Sequence record: DRR723986_3494 | Strand: one strand, 5' to 3' | DNA length: 35,388 nucleotides | In this document: piece by piece, positions 1 to 7,777 of the stretch | Layout of the letters: each line of letters opens with the position of its first letter | How positions within the stretch are numbered: position 1 is the stretch's first letter | The notes under the pieces: generated by a model | The model's input: the letters and a program-made list of their open reading frames with translations, nothing else | What the model was told of the DNA's origin: nothing | Databases searched by the model: none | Made by a program: the position numbers and the translations under genes

Positions 1-36
1 GTAGCCAGGTACTCTATCCAGCTGAGCTACGAGCGC
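1..36 (-). tRNA. tRNA-Arg(ACG), 5' half, truncated by the window edge
   Basis: The reverse complement reads GCGCTCG-TA-GCTC-AGCTGGATA-GAGT-A-CCTGG-CT-AC(G). This gives the acceptor 5' strand, D arm, anticodon stem and first two anticodon bases, matching the bacterial tRNA-Arg(ACG) pattern GTAGCTCAGCTGGATAGAGTAC. Confidence 0.93.
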
Positions 37-49
37 GTCGAGGTGGCGT

Positions 50-78
50 ACTATATTCAAGGTGGTTTTAGCTGTCAA
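50..78 (-). promoter_or_regulatory. sigma70 promoter of the tRNA gene
   Basis: Minus strand TTGACA (78-73), 17-bp spacer, TATAGT (55-50), then a GC-rich discriminator (ACGCCACC). An A/T tract upstream (about 83-105) is UP-element-like. This is typical stable-RNA promoter architecture. Confidence 0.88.
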
Positions 79-141
79 CGGGATTTTGAAAAAAAGCTTA
101 AAAATCCTCGCGTTGAACGACTTTTAACCAACTCAACCGCG

Positions 142-1212
142 CTATTGCGCGGAATACGGCAGGCGCAGGATCCGGTCGCCAATAAAGGAGCCCACGTACA
201 CAGCATCGTCCACCCGCTGGGCAACCGTGCCTGCACCCATAGGCGGCCCGGACACACTGACCACAACTCGGCTTTGCAGAGTGTCTGGGTCGAGCTCCAC
301 AATATCGAATGCCGCGGGGCAGGCTCCCTCCTCAATACTGGGGCACACAATGAAGTCCCCCAGCGTGAAGTTGTGACTGGCGATTAGCAGCTTGCCGCGA
401 CCATCCCACTGGCTGTTGTCCGGATGGCTAATGTCCACTTCCGCAAGCAGCTTGCCTGTGCGGCGATCCAGTTTTTGCAGCGTTGAACCCGCCCAAAGGT
501 TTACAAACAGGGTTTCGCCATCTGCCGAGATTTGAATTCCATTGGGGTAGTCACCGCTAAACCCTGGCAGTTTGCTAAATTGTTCGCCGTCCCACACCCA
601 GATGTGGCCAGGGTTAAAGCCCGCCAGAGCGGTAATCTCCTGCCAACCCAGTGTACCGACTGGCGCGTCGCCGCGGGTATACATGTGAGTGGCCATAAAG
701 CCGCCCTCAGGCAAGGCCACAATATCATTCAAGAAGCTGCCTTCAGGAGGAATAACGCAGCCGCGCCAAAAGGGTTCAATCGCGCCGTTTTGGTCACGCA
801 ACTCGAAAAACTCCACCGACTCACGGCCACCGTGGTTAACCACCAGCAATTGCAGCGTGCCGCTCTCGTGGCGCGAGAGGTGAATGCCGTGTGGCGCGAA
901 GACGCTGGGGTCCGGCGCGGCACAATGGGCATCCCCCCAACCATCGGAAACCGCCACCTCGGCCATCGGCCATACCTGCTTGCTGCCATCCCGGGTATCC
1001 AGCAGGGCCAAAGACCCCGCAACGCTGCCGTGACCGGCCGCCATTTGACTGACGACCAAATGGCGGCCGTCGGGCATGAGCTCCATATCTTCGGGCTTCT
1101 GCCAACCACACAATACCTCTCGCTCTGCCACGCCCTGGCAGTCACTAATTACCTGAGGGCGCTCAACGCAGCCAGCCAGCAAGAATGCTGTTATCAATAA
1201 CGTTTTTTTCAC
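142..1212 (-). CDS. Paraoxonase/SMP-30/gluconolactonase-family beta-propeller lipoprotein (putative Ca-dependent lactonase/arylesterase)
   Basis: Lipobox LLAGC. PON-type motifs PEDM, PHGI, VVNH, NDIV, PNGI and PDN. Start moved to GTG 1212, which follows SD AAGGA (ORF track starts at 1236). Confidence 0.8.
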   Translation of the reverse strand: MKKTLLITAFLLAGCVERPQVISDCQGVAEREVLCGWQKPEDMELMPDGRHLVVSQMAAGHGSVAGSLALLDTRDGSKQVWPMAEVAVSDGWGDAHCAAPDPSVFAPHGIHLSRHESGTLQLLVVNHGGRESVEFFELRDQNGAIEPFWRGCVIPPEGSFLNDIVALPEGGFMATHMYTRGDAPVGTLGWQEITALAGFNPGHIWVWDGEQFSKLPGFSGDYPNGIQISADGETLFVNLWAGSTLQKLDRRTGKLLAEVDISHPDNSQWDGRGKLLIASHNFTLGDFIVCPSIEEGACPAAFDIVELDPDTLQSRVVVSVSGPPMGAGTVAQRVDDAVYVGSFIGDRILRLPYSAQ

Positions 1213-1298
1213 CGTGTTGTCCTTATCGTTATTCACCGCAGACCACCCTGCCGCAAGCGGTGTAGAAAAACCAGTTGTGTCGCGGTCAGTGTTTTTTC

Positions 1299-1330
1299 TT
1301 GACCCTGTAGCAATGAATAGGCTTTAGCGT
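1299..1330 (+). promoter_or_regulatory. Putative MerR-family (CueR/ZntR/CadR-type) metal-responsive promoter
   Basis: TTGACC, 20-bp spacer, TAGCGT, with an imperfect dyad ACCCTGT...ATAGGCT (1302-1323) across the spacer. It lies upstream of the copper operon. Confidence 0.55.
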
Positions 1331-1408
1331 GGACAATATTGAACACTCTCGACCCCGGCACCTGGCAGCACAATACCCTGCCTAACCAGAGCTTGTTACA
1401 CTGTGGCC

Positions 1409-1837
1409 ATGACACGACGATTGCACATTGCCGTATGGATTTTATTGGTGCTAAGCCAACCACTGCTGGCGCTGGAGAGTAGTGCTTTCAATTTGGCCAG
1501 TGAACCCCAGACAAGCCCTACGGCAGTAGCAATGCACCACTTGGCAAATGCCTACTGCTGCACTCACCCCAATCAACAAATGGATTGCGAAGGTCACCAA
1601 CATTGCCAATCCACCGAAGAAGCGTCGGCCCACCACTCTGGCGATCATACTGGACTCGATCACAGCCGTTGCTGCGAACAACACTGCGACTGCGCCAATA
1701 GTAGCTGCGGGCCAAGTCTGCTCAGCCAACTGGTATTAGCAGTTGCAACATCACGCGACAGTATGATCAACAGCGCCGCCGCTGCTTCAGCAAAACGTTA
1801 CAACGAGCGCCTGTTACGTCCGCCTATTGCTGCGTAA
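1409..1837 (+). CDS. copL: CopL-like His/Cys-rich exported leader protein with C-terminal RPP motif
   Basis: N-terminal hydrophobic signal, His/Cys-rich middle (HHSGDH, RCCEQHCDCANSSC) and C-terminus LLRPPIAA. It is the first gene of a copAB operon, as for Xanthomonas CopL. ATG 1409 preferred over GTG 1403. Confidence 0.72.
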   Translation: MTRRLHIAVWILLVLSQPLLALESSAFNLASEPQTSPTAVAMHHLANAYCCTHPNQQMDCEGHQHCQSTEEASAHHSGDHTGLDHSRCCEQHCDCANSSCGPSLLSQLVLAVATSRDSMINSAAAASAKRYNERLLRPPIAA

Positions 1838-1904
1838 TCACTCCCTGTGGCGCGGCAGAATGTACTTTGCCGCAAGTGATTATCGACTTTATAGGACGTT
1901 TCCA

Positions 1905-2381
1905 ATGACACTTCGCACTACTATTTTGGCGGGCTTTGCAGCAGCGAGCCTAAGCATTTTAGGCAGCCCCTTACACGCGCAATCAGCAAAGGCTGAGCTC
2001 ACGGTTTATAAGTCCCCTCAGTGCGGCTGCTGCACAAAGTGGGCTGACCACATGGATGAAAACGGCTTTGACAGCACCGCGATAAATCGTCACGACATGG
2101 CCACACTAAAGGCCAGCCTCGGCGTTCCCAGCGGGCTCCAATCCTGCCATACCGGTCAAGTGAAGGACTATGTGTTCGAGGGGCATATACCCGCCGACGT
2201 AGTAAAACGCTTTCTTGAAAATCCCCCAGAGGATGCCTACGGCCTCGCCGTGCCCGGTATGCCAATCGGCAGCCCCGGCATGGAAATGGGCACGCGCCAC
2301 CAAGACTACGATGTCATTTTGCTAAAACGCAGCGGCAAGCACGAGGTGTATACCCGCGTTAGTCAGCACAGCGCGCCGTAG
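1905..2381 (+). CDS. copG: DUF411 / CopG-like periplasmic thioredoxin-fold metal-binding protein
   Basis: Signal peptide; motifs VYKSPQCGCCTKW, SCHT, EGHIPA and GLAVPGMPIGSPGME. Start ATG 1905 follows SD AGGA. Confidence 0.88.
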   Translation: MTLRTTILAGFAAASLSILGSPLHAQSAKAELTVYKSPQCGCCTKWADHMDENGFDSTAINRHDMATLKASLGVPSGLQSCHTGQVKDYVFEGHIPADVVKRFLENPPEDAYGLAVPGMPIGSPGMEMGTRHQDYDVILLKRSGKHEVYTRVSQHSAP

Positions 2382-2391
2382 GAGAACAACA

Positions 2392-4227
2392 ATGAAACGT
2401 GAATATCCACCGGCCAACATCCCGCGCCGGCGCTTTGTCACGGGTGCAGCTAGCGTTATTGCCCTGACAGGCCTCGCAGGCTGCGCGAGTCAGGCACCTC
2501 ATCAGCAGGCGGAACGACGCCCTAGCGCAGAGTTACGTGGCAATCGCTTTGACCTGCACATTGACTATCTACCGGTAAACATCACGGGACTCGACAGTCT
2601 GGCAACGGCGGTCAATGGCAGCGTGCCCGCCCCGACCCTGCGCTGGAAGGAAGGTGAAGAAGTGCATATCCGCGTGCACAATCACCTGCCACATACCAGC
2701 TCAATACACTGGCATGGCTTGATTTTGCCAACGGATATGGACGGCGTTCCCGGGCTGAGTTTTGCCGGTATTCCGCCCGGCGGTTACTACGATTACCGAT
2801 TCCAGGTAAAGCAGAGCGGCACCTATTGGTACCACAGCCACTCAGGGTTTCAGGAACAAACGGGGCTCTATGGCGCCATTATTATTGACCCCGCAGATAC
2901 CGACCCAGTCGCCTATGATCGCGAGCACATCATTGTACTCTCTGACTGGAGCGACGAAGCCCCCGAAGCGCTCTATGCCCGCCTGAAAAAGCAGAGCCAT
3001 TACTATAATCGGCGCGAACGAACGGCCGTCGATTTGTGGCAAGACATTCGCAGACACGGGATTGCCGCCACTTGGCGCGACCGCGCCATGTGGAACCGTA
3101 TGCGCATGAGCGACAGCGACATAGCCGATATCAACGGCATCGCCTACACATTTTTAGTGAATGGGCTCAGCCCAGATGCAAACTGGCTTGGCCAATTCTC
3201 CGCCGGCGAACGCCTGCGCTTACGGGTGATTAATGCCGCGGCCATGACCCTGTTCGACGTTCGTATTCCCGGCTTGACGATGACAGTGGTTGCCGCCGAT
3301 GGGCAAAATATCCAGCCGGTCAGTGTTGATGAATTTCGCATCGCACCGGCAGAGACCTACGATGTGATCATTCAGCCCAGCGCCGACCGTGCTTACACAC
3401 TGTTTGCACAGAGCATTGATCGCAGCGGCTATGCGCGGGCAACGCTCAGCCCCAATAAGCAGTGGCAGGCCGAAATACCTGCGATGGACCACATTGTGAG
3501 GCTCGACCACCGAGATATGGGAATGGCTCACGACAACAGCGCGCACACCTCGATGGCGGGCGACGCTATGCCAGCGATGCAGCACAAACGGCCTTCCCAC
3601 GAGGCGCATGCTCACCACGGCCATCACGCGATGATGTCTGAGCCGCTGCCAGATACCCCAGCACCTGCTGGCCACGGCAGCAAGCAAACAATCCAGCATT
3701 CCGCCACTGAATTTGGTGTAGGCGTGGACATGCGCGCAGGTATGCCTGCCAACGGCCTTTCCGACCCAGGCATTGGCCTGCGCGAGCACACAAAGCGCTA
3801 TGGCAGAAAAGTTCTGCGCTACAGTGACCTGTTCGGCCTTCACCCCACCCGCGACCCACGCGACCCGGAGCGAGAGCTGGCAATCCACCTTACTGGCAAT
3901 ATGTCTCGGTACATGTGGTCGATGAACGGCGTCATGTTCGACGACGCCGAGCCGATCATTCTGCGCCACAACGAGCGCCTGCGCTTTGTCGTCGTCAACG
4001 ACACCATGATGACCCACCCCATTCACCTGCACGGCCTGTGGAGTGAGCTGGAGACCGGCGACAGTGGCCACATCCCGCGCAAACACACCGTCATTGTGCA
4101 GCCAGGGTCGCGTATCAGCTACCTCGTTAGCGCCGATGCCATTGGCCGCTGGGCCTATCACTGCCACCTGATGTTTCACATGCCGGGCATGTTTCGCGAG
4201 GTTCGCGTAGTGGGAGGCAAGGTATGA
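2392..4227 (+). CDS. copA: Copper-resistance multicopper oxidase CopA (Tat-exported)
   Basis: Twin-arginine RRRF; Cu-binding motifs IHWHG, YWYHSH, HPIHLHG and HCHLMFHMPGM; His/Met-rich insert; SD GGAG. Confidence 0.96.
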   Translation: MKREYPPANIPRRRFVTGAASVIALTGLAGCASQAPHQQAERRPSAELRGNRFDLHIDYLPVNITGLDSLATAVNGSVPAPTLRWKEGEEVHIRVHNHLPHTSSIHWHGLILPTDMDGVPGLSFAGIPPGGYYDYRFQVKQSGTYWYHSHSGFQEQTGLYGAIIIDPADTDPVAYDREHIIVLSDWSDEAPEALYARLKKQSHYYNRRERTAVDLWQDIRRHGIAATWRDRAMWNRMRMSDSDIADINGIAYTFLVNGLSPDANWLGQFSAGERLRLRVINAAAMTLFDVRIPGLTMTVVAADGQNIQPVSVDEFRIAPAETYDVIIQPSADRAYTLFAQSIDRSGYARATLSPNKQWQAEIPAMDHIVRLDHRDMGMAHDNSAHTSMAGDAMPAMQHKRPSHEAHAHHGHHAMMSEPLPDTPAPAGHGSKQTIQHSATEFGVGVDMRAGMPANGLSDPGIGLREHTKRYGRKVLRYSDLFGLHPTRDPRDPERELAIHLTGNMSRYMWSMNGVMFDDAEPIILRHNERLRFVVVNDTMMTHPIHLHGLWSELETGDSGHIPRKHTVIVQPGSRISYLVSADAIGRWAYHCHLMFHMPGMFREVRVVGGKV

Positions 4228-4904
4228 AGAAACACTATGTACTGTGCGCCGCGCTACTGGCGGGCCCCGCGTTAGCCGGAGGCAAAGCCGACCCCGTGCT
4301 GGCAAAGTTTATGGTCGACGAAGTTGAGCAACGCAGCGACCAACAGCAGGCGTTTAGCCTCCAGGGGTGGCTAGGGACTGACCTCAACAAACTGTGGCTA
4401 AAGGCTGAACGCGAAGCGCACGACGGCTCCACAGAGAGCGCGGAACTTCAGCTTCTGTACAGTCGCGCCATCGCGCCCTATTGGGATCTTCAAGGGGGAC
4501 TGCAACGAAGCTTCAGTGAGGATGGTAGCGACGACAGCGTGGTTATCGGCATACAGGGCCTTGCCCCCTACCACTTTGAAGTCGATGCCGCGGTGTTTAT
4601 CAACGACCAAGCCGAGCTCTCGGCCGAGCTAGAGCTTAGCTACGAACTGAGGCTGACCCAGCGTTGGATTCTGGAACCGGAAATCACACTTGAAGCAGCC
4701 GCTCAGGGCGACTCGGAAAATGGGGCCGGCCTGCGCCGGGAGGAGCACGCCTTGCGGCTCTACTACTATCCAGAGCGGGAATGGGCACCCTATATCGGCG
4801 CAGTGTGGCAGCAGCTGTATGGCGATACCGCCGACATTTCACAACGCCGTGGCAACCCCCGCCAGCAGGAACAGTTTGTGGTGGGAGTGCGCGCTTGGTT
4901 CTAA
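4224..4904 (+). CDS. copB: Copper-resistance outer-membrane protein CopB
   Basis: ATGA overlap with copA; motifs W.G.D.NKLWLKAE, LLYSRAIAPYWD and GIQGLAPY.FEVD; C-terminal VGVRAWF. Confidence 0.93.
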   Translation: MKKHYVLCAALLAGPALAGGKADPVLAKFMVDEVEQRSDQQQAFSLQGWLGTDLNKLWLKAEREAHDGSTESAELQLLYSRAIAPYWDLQGGLQRSFSEDGSDDSVVIGIQGLAPYHFEVDAAVFINDQAELSAELELSYELRLTQRWILEPEITLEAAAQGDSENGAGLRREEHALRLYYYPEREWAPYIGAVWQQLYGDTADISQRRGNPRQQEQFVVGVRAWF

Positions 4905-4939
4905 GTGGCGAGCGACTATTCCGTAAACCTATAGCCCAT

Positions 4940-4964
4940 AAAAAAGGCCCGCATTACGCGGGCC
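4940..4964 (-). terminator. Intrinsic terminator downstream of the TonB-dependent receptor gene
   Basis: Hairpin GGCCCGC-N5-GCGGGCC followed on the minus strand by a 6-T tract. Confidence 0.85.
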
Positions 4965-5043
4965 AACATAACCTGGAGAGGTTATTCGGTTGCCGAAGCA
5001 CGCAGCCGTGCTGGCGCTTGGCTTAAAACGCTGTGATCACTTC

Positions 5044-7503
5044 CTAGAAGCGCACCATTAACTCTGCACCGTAGCTGCGCGGCTCACCCGCGAGATACTG
5101 GTCGAAACCAAAGCCTGCCTGCAGGTTGATCGCATAGCTATCGTATTCCTCATCGGCCAGGTTTTTCCCCCACACAGAAATACTGTAGCTGTCGTCATTG
5201 GCATACCAACTGATGCGACCGTTGTATAACCAGTAGGCATCCTGGCGAATTTCACCGTAGCCATAATCGTCGTTGTAGGCGCTGTACCACTGATCATCCT
5301 GGAAGTTGGCATTCACATTGACGCTAAGGTAGCCGTGCTGAGTGACGAGCACATCGTAGTCGGCCGAAATACTAAAGTTGAACTTGGGCGCCGAGATCAA
5401 CTCATTGCCCGACAGGTCAACCGTATCGTCCTGATTGGCGATGGTCTCAGTATTTGCCAAGGTCAGTTCGGTGTACTCCGTATCTAGATAACCGGCTCCC
5501 AGTTGCAGGGTAAGACGCTCCGTCACCCGCGCCCACAGCTCGGCTTCCAAACCCTGAATAGTCGAACCACCGGCATTCTCCAAGAAGTTGGAGATGCCCA
5601 CCACGTTAATGAACTGCTGATTGGTGTAGTCATAATGGAAGGCCGCGGCATTCAAGCGCATGCTGTTATCAAATAAATCGGCCTTAAAGCCCACTTCGAA
5701 GGCGTCGATATATTCTGGCGACGCATAGGCAGTTTCCAGCGGTCGCTCGATGTAATAAGCACCGCCGTTAAAGCTGCCGCTGCGATAGCCTCGGCTCGCA
5801 CTGGCATAGACCATCAACTCGTCGCTGAGTCGGTAATCCAGCCCCACTTTGCCCGTCCACTCTTTCTCAGTGGTATCCAGCTCGGGTGCCGAATCCAGGG
5901 TGTAAGGGCCATGGGTATAGCCGGTCTGAGTGATCTGCAGCAATTCCAATGGGTTTTGTAACAGACTCTGAATATCACTCACGGTGAGCGGCAGAGTGAT
6001 CCACGCATTATCAACACCGGTAGTGTTGCCGGGTACATAGCTACCGCGCGGCGTGCCGTCGTTGGCCAGGCGCGAGATATTCAAATAACTTAGCTTGTTT
6101 TTGTCCTGGGTGTAACGCAGACCGACATCCATGCCAAAGTTCGCACTAAAGTCGAAACGCATTTGGCTGTATACCGCGGCGCTGCTCTTTTCGGTTGCCA
6201 AGCGTTGGTCCAGCTTACCGAAGTCGATCAAGTAGGGAAAAATGGGAATGGTATCTGGCTTCGCCAAGCCCACTCGCAGATCGGGGATCTGATTGAAAAT
6301 ATCGTAGATATTGTTCATGTACAGGTCTTCCTGACCATAGAAGACCCCGGCAATGATGTTAAACATGCCGTCAAAATTCGAGGTAAAACGCAAATCCTGG
6401 CTGTAGCTAATGGAGTCGGAGGCCCAGGTTATTTCCAGCAGGCCATTGGGGCTGCCGTCGGTGTCGGCCTTTTGATAATAATCGGCATCCAAGTAGGAGC
6501 TGACCGACGTCAGGCTGTAGTTTTCGGCGTTGTAGTTAACCGTAAGCACGGCTAGGTCCGTGTTAGTGACCAGCGCGCCGGCGTTGTTCACCTCACTCTC
6601 ATGGAAGTCCAGGCCACGGCTGGGGCGTGAATAACCGGTGTAGTCAATAAAGCCGTTGGAGTCGCCTTCTAGACCCGTACCTCGCAGGTCGGTGCGTGGT
6701 TCATTGCGCGGCGGTGTGCTGATCGCATCGTTATTCGAGGTGGTGTATTTCAGTACCGCGTCCCAGGCATCACTAATGCGCCAGTTTAAGGCCAAGCGCG
6801 CGCCTTTAAAGTCGGTTTGTGCCGCATTCTCATCTTTGCCACGCACGTCAACGTAGCCGTCATTTTTCTTAATGCTGCCGGCCAAGCGGCCAGCCAACAC
6901 ACCGGGAATCAGCTCAGACTCGGCAGCGGCCTCGACGGTGGTCGCATTATAACTGCCCGCGCCAAGTTTCAGGAAGCCACTCGCTGGCTCATCAAAGCCA
7001 GGTGTGCGGGTAATAATATTGATGGCACCACCAGTGGTGTTCTTCCCGTAAAGCGTGCCCTGCGGGCCGCGCAAAACCTCCAGGCGCTCAACATCAAAAA
7101 AGTTGGCCCCGTGGCTGTATACCGGGCCGAGATAGGCCTCATCAACATAGACGCCAATCGGGCTCGCCTGATTGGAGCTGTAGTCAGACATACTGACCCC
7201 GCGAATGGAGAAGATAGGCTGAACGTCACCATAGGGGCCGCTGACCTGCATATTCGGCACCTGGGCCGAAACGTCATTGGCGTTTTCAAAGCCCAGTTTA
7301 TCCAACTGATCCCCGCCCAGACCGGTAACTGCCACGGGAATATCTTGTGCACTCTGAGAACGTTTTTGCGCCGTGACCAGCACTTCTTCAAGTGCCGGTG
7401 CGCTGTGGGCGGTTAACGATACCGTCAGCGCGGCGGTCACTGCGCTGCGCATCGCCACTGCCGAACCACGGTGGGCAAGCCTTTTCTTCTGATCGCGGGA
7501 CAT
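5044..7503 (-). CDS. TonB-dependent outer-membrane receptor
   Basis: TonB-box-like LEEVLVTAQKR, plug motif VERLEVLRGPQGTLYGKNTTGGAINIIT and C-terminal Phe. Start ATG 7503 follows SD TAAGGAG. Confidence 0.95.
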   Translation of the reverse strand: MSRDQKKRLAHRGSAVAMRSAVTAALTVSLTAHSAPALEEVLVTAQKRSQSAQDIPVAVTGLGGDQLDKLGFENANDVSAQVPNMQVSGPYGDVQPIFSIRGVSMSDYSSNQASPIGVYVDEAYLGPVYSHGANFFDVERLEVLRGPQGTLYGKNTTGGAINIITRTPGFDEPASGFLKLGAGSYNATTVEAAAESELIPGVLAGRLAGSIKKNDGYVDVRGKDENAAQTDFKGARLALNWRISDAWDAVLKYTTSNNDAISTPPRNEPRTDLRGTGLEGDSNGFIDYTGYSRPSRGLDFHESEVNNAGALVTNTDLAVLTVNYNAENYSLTSVSSYLDADYYQKADTDGSPNGLLEITWASDSISYSQDLRFTSNFDGMFNIIAGVFYGQEDLYMNNIYDIFNQIPDLRVGLAKPDTIPIFPYLIDFGKLDQRLATEKSSAAVYSQMRFDFSANFGMDVGLRYTQDKNKLSYLNISRLANDGTPRGSYVPGNTTGVDNAWITLPLTVSDIQSLLQNPLELLQITQTGYTHGPYTLDSAPELDTTEKEWTGKVGLDYRLSDELMVYASASRGYRSGSFNGGAYYIERPLETAYASPEYIDAFEVGFKADLFDNSMRLNAAAFHYDYTNQQFINVVGISNFLENAGGSTIQGLEAELWARVTERLTLQLGAGYLDTEYTELTLANTETIANQDDTVDLSGNELISAPKFNFSISADYDVLVTQHGYLSVNVNANFQDDQWYSAYNDDYGYGEIRQDAYWLYNGRISWYANDDSYSISVWGKNLADEEYDSYAINLQAGFGFDQYLAGEPRSYGAELMVRF

Positions 7504-7632
7504 GAACCACTCCTTACTCATCCGGCTGTGCGCCGGTTATTGCTTATTATCAAATGCCGTCATTGGCGATGCTTGTTAAGGACATCGCCCAGCGGCAGTG
7601 ACGAAAGTCTACAGCACAAATAATTGATATTT

Positions 7633-7757
7633 TCGGACATTTATCCCAATCCTCGGACATATTTATCAAATTGAGCGCCAGGTTCTGCACCTCTGTGGGG
7701 CAATGCCGTTGCACAAACGAGAACGATTAGCGATACTCGATTTATAATTTCGGACAT
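7633..7757. promoter_or_regulatory. TCGGACAT direct repeats, probable AraC-family operator
   Basis: Three exact TCGGACAT copies at 7633-7640, 7653-7660 and 7750-7757 in the divergent TBDR/araC promoter region. The first two are 20 bp apart. Confidence 0.65.
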
Positions 7758-7777
7758 AACAACAGATGGGTTAAGTG

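Noticed and set aside
1233-1463. 76-aa minus-strand ORF upstream of the lactonase gene
   Set aside because: It overlaps the copL start and the cop promoter elements, and has no recognisable motif or SD.
3220-4305. 361-aa antisense ORF inside copA/copB
   Set aside because: Shadow ORF opposite well-supported genes, with no motifs. Such ORFs are expected from codon bias in GC-rich DNA.
1-4964. Copper cluster as a tRNA-anchored genomic island
   Set aside because: The cluster lies on the 5' (promoter) side of the tRNA, whereas islands normally integrate at the 3' end. No integrase, att duplication or obvious compositional shift was seen.
7504-7774. Cobalamin or TPP riboswitch, or Fur box, upstream of the TonB receptor
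   Set aside because: No B12-box or TPP consensus and no convincing GATAATGATAATCATTATC match. The region is better explained by the AraC-type repeats.
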